Source: an uncultured virus (IMG/VR IMGVR_UViG_3300042514_001512)
Lineage: Duplodnaviria; Heunggongvirae; Uroviricota; Caudoviricetes
Reading direction: 5' to 3' (one strand)
Virus record (IMG/VR): IMGVR_UViG_3300042514_001512
Length of the DNA stretch: 56,912 bases
The translations under genes were made by a program, and so were the position numbers. Positions 22,167 through 31,900 of this stretch are shown piece after piece; the first letter of the stretch is position 1; every line of letters starts with the position of its first letter. The notes below the pieces were generated by a model. The model searched no databases. It saw only the letters and a list, made by a program, of their open reading frames with translations, and was not told the origin of the DNA.

Positions 22167-22312
22167 CCTTTAAGGTTCTTTTTATTTTTAAAAAAAATTG
22201 TAATACGAATAACGTTTTTTACAAATTTCTTACTTAACCCAACGTAAATTTGTTGTATATTAATTAATCTCATATTCCATTCCTATAATAGTATCAATTT
22301 AGGTTTTAATGG

Positions 22313-22528
22313 TTATAAACTTAAATAAGTGATAACTTCACAACTATTATTATCAATAACCTTTAGATTAAAACTTAACTGACTTCCCATAACTGACGGA
22401 ATAACAAACGAGTATGGAGCCGAGTTGATTGTGTCAATATAAATACATATTGTTATTGGGTCGTCACAAAGATAAATATCAAATGGTGATGCTCCTGTAA
22501 TGTTGTTAATTGTTATATTTGTTGACAT
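22313..22528 (-). CDS. Small beta-rich putative structural protein
   Basis: 71 aa; upstream TATTTAT motif (22545-22551, minus strand); same orientation as the mucin-like gene. Confidence 0.55.
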   Translation of the reverse strand: MSTNITINNITGASPFDIYLCDDPITICIYIDTINSAPYSFVIPSVMGSQLSFNLKVIDNNSCEVITYLSL

Positions 22529-22577
22529 TGAGATTTCTTTTTAGATAAATATAATCAGAGCCAAAAACTTGTGAAGG

Positions 22578-22606
22578 TTGATTAACTTAATATTTTTAAT
22601 TATTAT
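22578..22606 (+). promoter_or_regulatory. sigma70-like promoter upstream of primase
   Basis: TTGATT-N17-TATTAT just before ATG 22614. Confidence 0.35.
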
Positions 22607-22613
22607 GTGTTAT

Positions 22614-23516
22614 ATGTCAGACGATAAAGAAATTTTATTAGAATTACTTAGGGAAATCCTTGGTGATGAAAAACAACATTATGAGTCTAAAGGACAAATC
22701 GCGTTCGACTGTGTAATATGTGATGAAGATAGACATAAAGGTAATTTAGAGGTTAACTACTTACATCACGTATATAAATGTTGGAGTTGTGGTGATGTTA
22801 ATAATACTAAAGGACCTCTTGGTAAATTATTTGACCAATTTGGAAATAAAAAACAAAAAAAAGTCTATAAACTACTACAACCCGAAGAGTTTAAACCCAA
22901 AGAAGAAAAATTTCAAAAATTAAGACTACCTGAAAGTTTTACTTTATTTAAGGACTCAAGTACCGTTTATCCTGTTAGAAGACAAGCCTACAACTACTTA
23001 AAGAACCGTGGTATTGGTGATGATATTATTGAAAAATATGGTATTGGATTTTGTGATAATGGTTCCCATAAAGGTAGAATTATTGTACCATCGTATGATA
23101 AGAAAGGTGAACTAACTTATTATATCGCAAGAAGTTGGGACCCAAACACACGAGCTAAATATAAAAATCCACAAGCGGAAAAAGATAAAATAATCTTCAA
23201 CGAACACTTAATTGATTGGAAAAAAGATATATTTTTAGTTGAGGGTGTTTTTGACGGGTTTTTCCTACCAAATAGTATTGCAATGTTGGGTAAACATATG
23301 AGTGAATTATTATTTAACTCGTTATACAATAAAGCAAAAAAAAATATAATAATTTCATTGGATGGTGACGCTTGGGACAATTCAACTAGATTATACGAAG
23401 AATTAAACGGTGGTGGTCTATATGGTAAAATAAAACTATTAAAATTACCAAAAGATAAAGACGTTTGTGATTTAAAAGGTGAGATTAACGACTATTATTA
23501 TACTATGAAGTTTTAA
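22614..23516 (+). CDS. DNA primase (zinc-binding domain + TOPRIM)
   Basis: CVIC...CWSC zinc finger, YLKNRGI, GRIIVP, KYKNP, LVEGVFD, LDGD. Start placed at MSDDKE. Confidence 0.9.
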   Translation: MSDDKEILLELLREILGDEKQHYESKGQIAFDCVICDEDRHKGNLEVNYLHHVYKCWSCGDVNNTKGPLGKLFDQFGNKKQKKVYKLLQPEEFKPKEEKFQKLRLPESFTLFKDSSTVYPVRRQAYNYLKNRGIGDDIIEKYGIGFCDNGSHKGRIIVPSYDKKGELTYYIARSWDPNTRAKYKNPQAEKDKIIFNEHLIDWKKDIFLVEGVFDGFFLPNSIAMLGKHMSELLFNSLYNKAKKNIIISLDGDAWDNSTRLYEELNGGGLYGKIKLLKLPKDKDVCDLKGEINDYYYTMKF

Positions 23517-23517
23517 T

Positions 23518-23868
23518 ATGGAAATTGGTAAATTAATTAAAGTTAAAGTTGGTGATATCAAAGCTCCTGAATGTATTGTTTGGACGACGGACAATTTAGA
23601 TATGGTTGATGAAATTATTAAGAATTACGATGTGAATATTAGTGCAATTAAGATATCAAAAGATTTTAAACTCATTGATGGTGGTCATCGACTTTGTATA
23701 CTTTGGGAAGAATATGGGGATAAACATGAGATAATGGTTAGACAAGTACCAATAAATCAATGGTTGTATTATACCATATTATTTACGTTTTTACCAATAT
23801 TATTTCCCGTGGGAATTGTTTTGAGGGTTTTAGAACAAAAAAAAAATAAAAAAAATGGAATTAAATAA
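23518..23868 (+). CDS. ParB/Srx-like N-terminal domain with C-terminal transmembrane segment
   Basis: LIDGGHRL motif; hydrophobic WLYYTILFTFLPILFPVGIVL. Confidence 0.5.
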   Translation: MEIGKLIKVKVGDIKAPECIVWTTDNLDMVDEIIKNYDVNISAIKISKDFKLIDGGHRLCILWEEYGDKHEIMVRQVPINQWLYYTILFTFLPILFPVGIVLRVLEQKKNKKNGIK

Positions 23869-24715
23869 GATTGCAGAAGAAATTCGAGAGATTTTACAGA
23901 AAAGGAGAGATGAGTTAGATTTAACCTTTGTGGAGGACACTCACACATATTATATGAAGGATTTAGATGGTAATATCAAAGATGATTACCCTTCGGTGAG
24001 TAAGGTTATGAAATATTTTTACGAGGAGTTTGATAGTGAAGGTATCTCTTTAAGAAAGGCTAAGGGTGACCTTGAAGTCCAACAACAATTACTTGATGAG
24101 TGGAAAGCTGCTGGTGATTATTCTACAAACATGGGTAGTAGAGTACACTATTTGTTAGAGAAGAAACTTATAGAAATGTTTGGTAATTACAAGGAAGTGC
24201 GACAACCAATTTTTGATTGTGACTTTACACAGATACTTAAAGGTGATTCAATGGTCTCGGCTGGAAGTGATTATTTAAACCTTATGATTGAAAGAGGTGC
24301 GGTGTTATTAGATACTGAGATTGTGTTAGGTGACCCTGAATTAGGTTATACAGGACAACCTGATAAGGTGTGGTTAATCTTTAATAAAGAAATGACCGAG
24401 TTTGGTTTGATAATTACCGATTGGAAATCCAATAAACCTAAAAACTTTGAACAGACTCATTTTACGACAAAAATGAAATACCCATTTCAAAAACACCCAA
24501 ACAATGCTTTAGGTCACTATTTCACACAATTACCATTCTATGGTAAATTGTTACTTAAAATGTTGAAGGGTACTAAATATGAAAATATTAAACTATACGG
24601 ATGTATTGTTGTTTTAGTAAAAGAGATTGGTGAGTATGAGGAATTTAGAGTACCTAAAGAAGTAATTACAACTATTCTTGATATGGATATGAAAAAATAT
24701 TTGACTAAAAAATAA
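23855..24715 (+). CDS. PD-(D/E)XK family nuclease/exonuclease
   Basis: PSVS, GSRVHYLLE, GQPD, ITDWKS and QLPFY motifs. Confidence 0.8.
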   Translation: MELNKIAEEIREILQKRRDELDLTFVEDTHTYYMKDLDGNIKDDYPSVSKVMKYFYEEFDSEGISLRKAKGDLEVQQQLLDEWKAAGDYSTNMGSRVHYLLEKKLIEMFGNYKEVRQPIFDCDFTQILKGDSMVSAGSDYLNLMIERGAVLLDTEIVLGDPELGYTGQPDKVWLIFNKEMTEFGLIITDWKSNKPKNFEQTHFTTKMKYPFQKHPNNALGHYFTQLPFYGKLLLKMLKGTKYENIKLYGCIVVLVKEIGEYEEFRVPKEVITTILDMDMKKYLTKK

Positions 24716-24729
24716 AAAATAACTATATT
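24701..24729 (+). promoter_or_regulatory. sigma70-like promoter
   Basis: TTGACT-N17-TATATT. Confidence 0.45.
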
Positions 24730-24734
24730 TTATT

Positions 24735-24827
24735 ATGAAAAATAATATAACATTGGTATGGGTACATACCACAACTTTGGATTATTTTATTCCAAATGGA
24801 TTAACAATAAATTATATAATTAAATAA
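24735..24827 (+). CDS. 30-aa micro-ORF
   Basis: MKNNITLVWVHTTTLDYFIPNGLTINYIIK*; lies right after the promoter and ends 1 nt before the next ATG. Confidence 0.35.
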   Translation: MKNNITLVWVHTTTLDYFIPNGLTINYIIK

Positions 24828-24828
24828 A

Positions 24829-25065
24829 ATGGAAGATATTTTAAAACCAAAAATTGACCTTAAAAAACAACCAACTGTTGAATGTGAAAAATGTTCCTCA
24901 AAATATTTTAAAGAAGTTGTTTTGATAAAAAAAGTTTCTAAACTAATGACTGGTAGTTTTGATGATACGTTAGTTCCATTCCCAACATACCGATGTGATG
25001 ACTGTGGGCATGTTAATGCGGATTTTGTGTTATTTGACGAAGGTAATAATACTAATTTAGTTTAA
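24829..25065 (+). CDS. Zinc-ribbon protein
   Basis: CEKC...CDDCGH. Confidence 0.65.
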   Translation: MEDILKPKIDLKKQPTVECEKCSSKYFKEVVLIKKVSKLMTGSFDDTLVPFPTYRCDDCGHVNADFVLFDEGNNTNLV

Positions 25066-25066
25066 G

Positions 25067-25288
25067 ATGGACTATAAAGAATTTTACATTTGGTTAGATG
25101 GGTTTATGACAAATAGATGTTGGACAACAATTAAACAAATTGACATTCAAAACATTCAAGATAAAATGAAAGAAGTTAAGGATGATTTACCTAAATTGGG
25201 CGGTAATAAGATATCTAATGAATTTATACCAAACGCGGTACCAAACAATCCTTTAAGGGATATGATTTGGGATATCCGCAAAAAATAG
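25067..25288 (+). CDS. Hypothetical protein
   Basis: 73 aa with N-terminal EFYIWLDGF; coupled spacing. Confidence 0.55.
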   Translation: MDYKEFYIWLDGFMTNRCWTTIKQIDIQNIQDKMKEVKDDLPKLGGNKISNEFIPNAVPNNPLRDMIWDIRKK

Positions 25289-25292
25289 TAAT

Positions 25293-25631
25293 GTGATTAT
25301 GATTGAAGATATTAAAGTTATACACCTTAAGAGTAATGCTCAACAACTTGAAACATGGATTGCCATGTTAAATGGTGAAATTATAGGTCACATATATATG
25401 GAACGAGAAGAAAGTAATAAAATAAAATTTTTAGATGCTTGGGTACATGAGGAACATAGACTAAAAGGTGTTTTTAGAATGTTGTGGGACACTAGATGGG
25501 AATATGTTAAAACTCGTTATAGTGGGTATACAGTATATGCTTGGTGTAAACCAGGTTCACTACCATTATTAATTGAAAAAGGATTCACTGAAGGTGAGAC
25601 ATCAACTTATGTTGAAAAAATAATAGAATAA
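25293..25631 (+). CDS. GNAT acetyltransferase
   Basis: Motif A WVHEEHRLKGVFRML; C-terminal EKGF. Confidence 0.7.
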   Translation: MIMIEDIKVIHLKSNAQQLETWIAMLNGEIIGHIYMEREESNKIKFLDAWVHEEHRLKGVFRMLWDTRWEYVKTRYSGYTVYAWCKPGSLPLLIEKGFTEGETSTYVEKIIE

Positions 25632-25644
25632 ATAAATTAAAACT

Positions 25645-25980
25645 ATGAAAAACTTATTAACCATCATTGTTAGTACATCAATTCTTATTGGAATATTTGC
25701 CGCCATTATCAATAATAGAGCGAATACCAAATTCAGTGGAGTAATAAAAGATAAAGAAAGAATAATTGATAGTCTTAAAAAAAACCCTCATGTAGACACT
25801 CTATGGTTATCATTACCTGAAGACTCCATCAAGGTTCAAATAGGAAAACAATTAAAAAAAATTCAATCTCAAAGGGATAGAAATAGGGCGTTAAAAGAAT
25901 ATATTATTTTCTTAGAAAATGATAACCAATTTTTAGGTAGTGTTCTTGCAGAGAAAGAATTAAAAGACGGTATGAAATAA
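25645..25980 (+). CDS. Membrane-anchored coiled-coil protein
   Basis: N-terminal hydrophobic helix followed by coiled-coil-like sequence. Confidence 0.5.
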   Translation: MKNLLTIIVSTSILIGIFAAIINNRANTKFSGVIKDKERIIDSLKKNPHVDTLWLSLPEDSIKVQIGKQLKKIQSQRDRNRALKEYIIFLENDNQFLGSVLAEKELKDGMK

Positions 25981-26006
25981 TAAATAAATTACTAAAAATA
26001 TAAAAA

Positions 26007-26264
26007 ATGAAAAAAAGAACACTTAACGAGTTAAGACAAGAAAAAGAATTTGGTTATAAGGCACCATTAACAAATACAGAAATTAATGAGTTGTCAATAA
26101 CTCAACAAATTAAAACCCAATTAGAAAACTCTAACATAAATGTTGTTATTACACCAGTTATGTATGACCCAGATGGGTTTACACCTGTGTTAGGTGTGTT
26201 AGTAAAAAACGAGGATTCTAGTTATACTAGAAAATATACAATAACGGTTAAACCTAACAATTAA
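26007..26264 (+). CDS. Hypothetical protein
   Basis: 85 aa ORF with A-rich upstream region. Confidence 0.5.
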   Translation: MKKRTLNELRQEKEFGYKAPLTNTEINELSITQQIKTQLENSNINVVITPVMYDPDGFTPVLGVLVKNEDSSYTRKYTITVKPNN

Positions 26265-26267
26265 ATT

Positions 26268-26483
26268 ATGAAAAGATACCCCGCATTATTCATTAAATGG
26301 TTAGCTAATCGTTTTGGATATAAAATTGCAATGATTAAAATTGATGGTAATAATAAACAGGATAGAGGAGAAACTTTCATACCTCACACAATAATTGAGG
26401 GTGATTTAGAGATATTGACATATTTGGATATCTCAGGATACATTTTTAAAAAAGAACCATTTAATAGAAGTAAAAATGATTGA
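26268..26483 (+). CDS. Hypothetical protein
   Basis: 71 aa, coupled spacing. Confidence 0.5.
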   Translation: MKRYPALFIKWLANRFGYKIAMIKIDGNNKQDRGETFIPHTIIEGDLEILTYLDISGYIFKKEPFNRSKND

Positions 26484-26577
26484 TATGTTATATAGATTAA
26501 GATACAAATTATTAAAATATGTGTTGTGTAATCAACGTAACATTAATAAAACAACAAAGATTACCCTAAACGATTAA
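26476..26577 (+). CDS. 33-aa micro-ORF
   Basis: MIDMLYRLRYKLLKYVLCNQRNINKTTKITLND*; overlaps the previous stop and fills the gap before cysteine synthase. Confidence 0.3.
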   Translation: MIDMLYRLRYKLLKYVLCNQRNINKTTKITLND

Positions 26578-26589
26578 ACTTAATTTAAA

Positions 26590-27471
26590 TTGGAAAATTA
26601 TTTAGAGGTGGGTCAAACACCACTTATCCCTATTGATATTGATGGAGTTATTATTTGGGGTAAGGCAGAATTTATGAACCCATCAGGTTCTGTTAAAGAC
26701 AGACCAATCAAAAACATTTTAACACGAGCGGTAGAGAATGGTTTATTATCCAAAGGAGGTACCGTTGTTGAAGCAACTAGTGGAAACGCAGGTATTTCAT
26801 TTGCAATGTATTGTGCTGAAATGGGGTTTAAATGTGTTATCGTAATGCCATCTAACATGAGTGAAGAACGTAAAAAAATGTTACGTCTTTATGGTGCGGA
26901 ACTTATTGAAGTTGGACCTGGTGATTTTGATTCTGCAATTAAATTAAGAGATGAATTGGCAGAAAAAAATGGATGGTTTAATGGAAATCAATTTGCATCG
27001 CCTTGGAATGTAGAGGCTCATAAAGAGGGAACAGGTGTTGAACTAATGTATCAGGCAATTAGTAATAAAATTAGACCATCAGCATTTGTATTAGGAACTG
27101 GCACTGGTGGAACACTAATGGGGGCGGGAGAAACACTTAAAAATTTTTATTATGATATGGAAATTGTTGCGGTTGAACCATCAGAGTCACCAGTAATGAG
27201 TGGAGGAGAATCAGGATTACATGGGATTCAGGGAATTGGTGATGGTTCTAAGTTTATGGTTGATTTAGATTTTGTTGACCACATAATTACAATATCAACA
27301 GAAGAGGCGACTCAAATGAGCCGTAGATTATCTAAAGATTATGGAATCTTTGTTGGAATTTCTGCGGGAGCAAACGTTTTGGCTTCAGTTAAATACGGAC
27401 AAAAGTTTGATAAGACAAACATTTTTACTATACTTTGTGATAGAGGAGACCGATACCTTTCAATATTATGA
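26590..27471 (+). CDS. cysK: Cysteine synthase (O-acetylserine sulfhydrylase, CysK/CysM family); TTG start
   Basis: GQTPL, NPSGSVKDR (PLP lysine), EATSGNAG, NQF, GTGTGGT, HGIQGIG, GISAGAN, CDRGDRY. Confidence 0.9.
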   Translation: MENYLEVGQTPLIPIDIDGVIIWGKAEFMNPSGSVKDRPIKNILTRAVENGLLSKGGTVVEATSGNAGISFAMYCAEMGFKCVIVMPSNMSEERKKMLRLYGAELIEVGPGDFDSAIKLRDELAEKNGWFNGNQFASPWNVEAHKEGTGVELMYQAISNKIRPSAFVLGTGTGGTLMGAGETLKNFYYDMEIVAVEPSESPVMSGGESGLHGIQGIGDGSKFMVDLDFVDHIITISTEEATQMSRRLSKDYGIFVGISAGANVLASVKYGQKFDKTNIFTILCDRGDRYLSIL

Positions 27472-28247
27472 TTAAAACTTTAGTACACTTTTCTGATTTA
27501 CATATCAGATTATATAAAGACCACAATTTATACCGTTCAATATTAGAACCCGCAATTGAACAATGGAAAGAATTGTCTCCTGACCGTATTATATTTACGG
27601 GAGACTTGGTCCACAGTAAAAATCAATTAACACCTGAACTTATTGAGTTTGTTGCTTGGATTTTAACAGAATGTTCTGACATTGCCAAAACAATTATTAT
27701 ACCAGGTAATCACGACTTTTTAACAAATAATACCGAAAGATTAGACGCACTTACACCTATCATTAATTCTTTGAATAATGATAATATTGTGTACTACCGA
27801 GATAGAGGCGTGTATGAGGATGATAACATTAGTTGGTGTGTTTATTCTCAATACCAAGGAAATATTCCTCCTGATATTATTGATGGTAAGGGAAGAAAGA
27901 TTGGTTTATTTCATGGTCCTATTTCAGGTTTAAAAACAGACCTTGGATTTGAGTTTGGTGAGGAAGCGTATGAGATTGAAAAGTTTGATGGGTTGGAAAC
28001 CGTATTATGTGGTGATATTCACAAACGAGCTGAGTTCCAAATTAAAGGGGGTAAAGGTTATATGATTGGTTCAACAATTCAAAATAACTTAGGTGAAAGT
28101 ATTAGTAAACACGGATATGGTATTTATGATATTGAAAACAAGGAATATAAATATAAAGATTTATTTAATCCAAAACCTTATCTTTCATTTAAAATAACAT
28201 CATTTGAGGATATTATAAATGGAAAAGAAAAACTCACAAATGTATAA
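27468..28247 (+). CDS. Mre11/SbcD-like metallophosphoesterase nuclease
   Basis: HFSDLH, TGDL, GNHD, FHG and GDIH motifs; near the Rad50-like gene. Confidence 0.85.
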   Translation: MIKTLVHFSDLHIRLYKDHNLYRSILEPAIEQWKELSPDRIIFTGDLVHSKNQLTPELIEFVAWILTECSDIAKTIIIPGNHDFLTNNTERLDALTPIINSLNNDNIVYYRDRGVYEDDNISWCVYSQYQGNIPPDIIDGKGRKIGLFHGPISGLKTDLGFEFGEEAYEIEKFDGLETVLCGDIHKRAEFQIKGGKGYMIGSTIQNNLGESISKHGYGIYDIENKEYKYKDLFNPKPYLSFKITSFEDIINGKEKLTNV

Positions 28248-28848
28248 CATTGATATTAATAACACTAAAGAAATCTATGATTTTTGTTTATTAAATAAAA
28301 TCTTGGATATTGATGGGTTTATTAATAAATGTTTTAAGAATGGATTTCATATTGAAAAGTATGGTTTTATTGGGGAAGACTCAGGTAAAACACTTAATGA
28401 TGGTGAAAAAGACTTAAAAACGGGTGGGATTCAGGAAAAACGTGTAGAAATCGAGGTAATCCGAGAAATACGGGTGGAAGTACCTGTTGAAGTGATTAAA
28501 GAAGTTGAAAAAATTGTGGAGGTTATTAAAGAAGTTCCTGTTGAAAAAATAATTGAAAAAATCATCCAAGTTTCTGATGATACTCAAATAAATGAACTGT
28601 TGTTAAAAATACAACAGTTGGAAAACAGGCCACCTGAAATTGTTGAAGTTATTAAAGAGGTCATTACCCAATCAAATAACGATAAGTCATTAATGTTACA
28701 AGACACATTGAATAAATTAAGAAAAGAACTTACAGAAAAAAATAGTAAGATAACAGAACTTGAGGGGACTATCAAAAAATTAGAACAAATAAACATAAAT
28801 CAAGGGGCGGCTTATATGAAAGGGTCGAACCTAACAAAAAACATATAA
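28219..28848 (+). CDS. Hypothetical protein with VEVIKEV repeats and coiled coil
   Basis: RVEVPVEVIKEVEKIVEVIKEVPVEKIIEK tract. Confidence 0.6.
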   Translation: MEKKNSQMYNIDINNTKEIYDFCLLNKILDIDGFINKCFKNGFHIEKYGFIGEDSGKTLNDGEKDLKTGGIQEKRVEIEVIREIRVEVPVEVIKEVEKIVEVIKEVPVEKIIEKIIQVSDDTQINELLLKIQQLENRPPEIVEVIKEVITQSNNDKSLMLQDTLNKLRKELTEKNSKITELEGTIKKLEQININQGAAYMKGSNLTKNI

Positions 28849-28849
28849 T

Positions 28850-29188
28850 ATGGCAATTTTAATTTGGTTAATCGCCGCTTATGGAATGAGTAACATACTT
28901 GTGTACAGTTCCATATTCGCAGGAATGAGAGAGTTCTTCAAAAAATGGGGAAGTAATAAATTAGTACCTTTACACGGGATTGGACAATTCATATCGGATT
29001 TACTATCTTGTATGATGTGTACTAGTACATGGGTTGGATTTTTCTTCTCATTATGTTATTACTCACCATCACATGAATTGATTGGTACAAATATTACATC
29101 ATTCTTTTTTGATGGTATGATAGCCTCAGGATTTGTATGGGGGATAAATGCAATAATAGAATGGTTCGAAGAGAATCGACCTAAATAA
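28850..29188 (+). CDS. DUF1360-like membrane protein with CxxC
   Basis: Several hydrophobic helices; DLLSCMMCTSTWVG motif. Confidence 0.6.
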   Translation: MAILIWLIAAYGMSNILVYSSIFAGMREFFKKWGSNKLVPLHGIGQFISDLLSCMMCTSTWVGFFFSLCYYSPSHELIGTNITSFFFDGMIASGFVWGINAIIEWFEENRPK

Positions 29189-29210
29189 TTTATAAATAAA
29201 AAACAAAAAA

Positions 29211-29480
29211 ATGGGAAAAAAAGCAAAAGAACACAGAAAAAAAACTCAAGCGAGAAACGTAAAAATTAAGGGAGAACAAAAAAAAATGCAAAAACTTTAC
29301 CAAGACATGTTCAGTAAACAATTAACTGACTTAGAATCTAAATTTTCCGGCGAAACAGAAAATTTAACTGTTAAAGTTGGAGATGTTGAGGTACCTTTTG
29401 AGGTGGTGAATAACCCAATTGAAAATATCCTTGAACAAAAACAAGTTGAAAAAATAGAAATTTCTGATTTAGAAAAATAA
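29211..29480 (+). CDS. Hypothetical protein with basic N-terminus
   Basis: 89 aa; MGKKAKEHRKK. Confidence 0.55.
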   Translation: MGKKAKEHRKKTQARNVKIKGEQKKMQKLYQDMFSKQLTDLESKFSGETENLTVKVGDVEVPFEVVNNPIENILEQKQVEKIEISDLEK

Positions 29481-29484
29481 TAGA

Positions 29485-31857
29485 ATGGATTTATTTAATC
29501 CACCAATAGAATTTAATTATAAAATAATGAATAGTGAATTAGAGTTTGAAACTTTTGATAATCCATATGTACAAGTTGTATGGGATGATTATGCTGAAAA
29601 TTTTACTCAAGAAAAGATTAAAAGTGTTAGACATTATTTCCAAAAAAAATACAATACGACTAATGTAAATGTTATTACTAAGACTAAGGCTAGTGATGAT
29701 GTCACTCATACTGTTGACATATCTTTTAATATCTTGGACAAGAATTATCAGTCTGAATTAGTTAAAACATATCTAACATCTAAATCTTTAGAGAAGTATT
29801 TTGATGAGGTAATTCATCTTGATGGGATTGTTGATAATAAATTATTGGTTAATAACAGTGAAGTTACCCCATTTAAACGATGGTTCATTAAGAACATTGA
29901 GTTCTCAAATTTTCTTTCATATGGTGAGAATCAAAAATTAGATTTTGAAAAATGTGATGGAATTACCGTAGTTGAGTCTAACCCACCAAATTTTGGAGGT
30001 AAAACAGTTTTAACTGTGGATTTATTATTGTTCTTATTCTTTAATGAGACTACTAAAACATCCAAAGCCGAAGAGGTCTTCAATCGATTCACCGATAAGA
30101 ATAAAGTATCCGTTAAAGGAGAAATCATTATCGATGGTGATGAATATATAATTGTTAGACACATTGAAAGAAAAAAATCTAAGGCGGGAGAGTGGAATGT
30201 TAAAACTGAATTGGACTTCTTTAAAAAGTTGTCTGACGGTAGTTTACAAAACTTTACAGGAGAACAAAGACGAGAAACAGAGGCGTTCATTAAAACTTCA
30301 ATTGGGTCTAAAGAAGATTTCTTAATGACAATCTTAACTACTGCAACTAACTTAGAGGATTTAATTGATTCTAAACCAACTGCTAGAGGGCAAGTTTTGT
30401 CAAGATTCATGGGGTTAGATTTTCTTAAAAAGAAAGAAGAGGAGGGAAAGGAAATCTACAGTGATTTCTCAAAATCAATGATGTCTAACATTTATAGTAG
30501 TGAAAAGTTAAAAACCGATAATGAAGATTATAATTCTAAAATAGTTGGGTTTAATGAAGAGAACCAACAACTCCAAAAAGATTTAATTAATGTTCAGGAG
30601 AGAATCATTAAAGGTCAGGAATACAAAGATAATTTGTTAAAGAGTAAACATAATGACATTGATAAAGAAATCAGTTTACTTTCCCCTGATAAAGTAATTT
30701 TGGATATAACAACTCTTAAAAGTCAAAGACAAGGTGTTGAAAAACAATTTTCCGAAATAAAAGTTGTTGAACCATCATCTTTTTATCATGAGGATGAACA
30801 TGATAAAGTTAAAGAAGACTACAATGAGGAGTATAAGAAAAAAGTTGAGGTTGACCATAAAATAAAAACTATTGAGGATTTGAAGAGTTCTGTTGATGGC
30901 GGAATTAAATGTGAACATTGTGGAATTAATTTAATGATGGCATCAATTACCCAATCTAAAATTGCCGAACTTGATGGTTATATTAAGCATAAAGACCAAA
31001 TTTCGGAGTTAATGCAGGTTTTATTAGGCAAAGAACAAAGTTTCGTACAACTTAAAAAAGAGTTTGATGAGTATGAAAAAAACAAACTAATAAAAGAAAA
31101 ATACGAACTTAGTATTGAATCGTTTGATTTAAAAATTAAAGGACTCCAAGAGAAGTTAACAAAATATAATGAGTTACAGGATAAGATAACATCCAACGAA
31201 AAAATTGAAACCCAATTAATTAAAGCGGGTTTACGTTTAGATGACCTTGATGTTGAAAAAAGTAACACAACAAAAAAAATAAACAGTAACGATTATCAAA
31301 TCCAAACGTATAAAGATAAGATTGAACAAAATTTAAAAACAATTGTTAAGATTGGTGAAGAGGCGGAACGAGAAAAAATCTACAAAATTTATTTGGAAAT
31401 ATATGGTAAAAACGGAGTGTCAAAAATGATTATGAAAACGATGATGCCGTTAATCAATTCTGAATTACAAAGGTTGTTGGAGAATAGTTCTCATTTCAGA
31501 TTGGAAGTTAATATTAATGATAAGAACGAAGTTGAGTTCCTGATGATTGATAACAATACCCAAGTAGAAAAACTTATGTCTTCAGGTTCAGGTTACGAAA
31601 GAACAATCGCTTCTTTAGCGTTAAGAGCGGTATTAAGTAAAATTTGTTCATTACCTAAACCAAATATTGTGGTATTTGATGAAGTCTTTGGTAAAATATC
31701 TAACGATAACTTGGATATGGTTTCCGAGTTCTTTACAAAGATTAAAGAATATTTTGAAAAAATATTTGTTATAACACATAACCCATTGGTAACCAACTGG
31801 TCTGATAATGTGGTTAAGATTAGGAAGGAAGAAAATATTAGTTTTGTGTCACAATAA
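29485..31857 (+). CDS. Rad50/SbcC-like SMC ATPase
   Basis: NFLSYG, Walker A variant SNPPNFGGKT, long coiled coil with CEHC zinc hook, signature variant SGSGYE, Walker B VVFDE, H-loop ITH. Confidence 0.9.
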   Translation: MDLFNPPIEFNYKIMNSELEFETFDNPYVQVVWDDYAENFTQEKIKSVRHYFQKKYNTTNVNVITKTKASDDVTHTVDISFNILDKNYQSELVKTYLTSKSLEKYFDEVIHLDGIVDNKLLVNNSEVTPFKRWFIKNIEFSNFLSYGENQKLDFEKCDGITVVESNPPNFGGKTVLTVDLLLFLFFNETTKTSKAEEVFNRFTDKNKVSVKGEIIIDGDEYIIVRHIERKKSKAGEWNVKTELDFFKKLSDGSLQNFTGEQRRETEAFIKTSIGSKEDFLMTILTTATNLEDLIDSKPTARGQVLSRFMGLDFLKKKEEEGKEIYSDFSKSMMSNIYSSEKLKTDNEDYNSKIVGFNEENQQLQKDLINVQERIIKGQEYKDNLLKSKHNDIDKEISLLSPDKVILDITTLKSQRQGVEKQFSEIKVVEPSSFYHEDEHDKVKEDYNEEYKKKVEVDHKIKTIEDLKSSVDGGIKCEHCGINLMMASITQSKIAELDGYIKHKDQISELMQVLLGKEQSFVQLKKEFDEYEKNKLIKEKYELSIESFDLKIKGLQEKLTKYNELQDKITSNEKIETQLIKAGLRLDDLDVEKSNTTKKINSNDYQIQTYKDKIEQNLKTIVKIGEEAEREKIYKIYLEIYGKNGVSKMIMKTMMPLINSELQRLLENSSHFRLEVNINDKNEVEFLMIDNNTQVEKLMSSGSGYERTIASLALRAVLSKICSLPKPNIVVFDEVFGKISNDNLDMVSEFFTKIKEYFEKIFVITHNPLVTNWSDNVVKIRKEENISFVSQ

Positions 31858-31888
31858 TTTGATATTAACTAAATAATTTGTAATTTTG
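31858..31888 (+). promoter_or_regulatory. Bacteroidota-type housekeeping promoter (-33/-7)
   Basis: TTTG-N19-TAATTTTG immediately upstream of the two-gene unit ending in the sigma factor. Confidence 0.6.
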
Positions 31889-31900
31889 TAAAAAAAACGT

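Noticed and set aside
22123..22312. Possible tRNA/ncRNA or micro-ORF in this larger intergenic gap
   Set aside because: Very AT-rich, with no cloverleaf, no stable stem and no convincing coupled ORF recognised; a covariance-model search would be needed to exclude an RNA.
23855..24715. Cas4 / CRISPR adaptation gene
   Set aside because: PD-(D/E)XK motifs are present, but the four-Cys Fe-S pattern is not evident and there is no CRISPR context.
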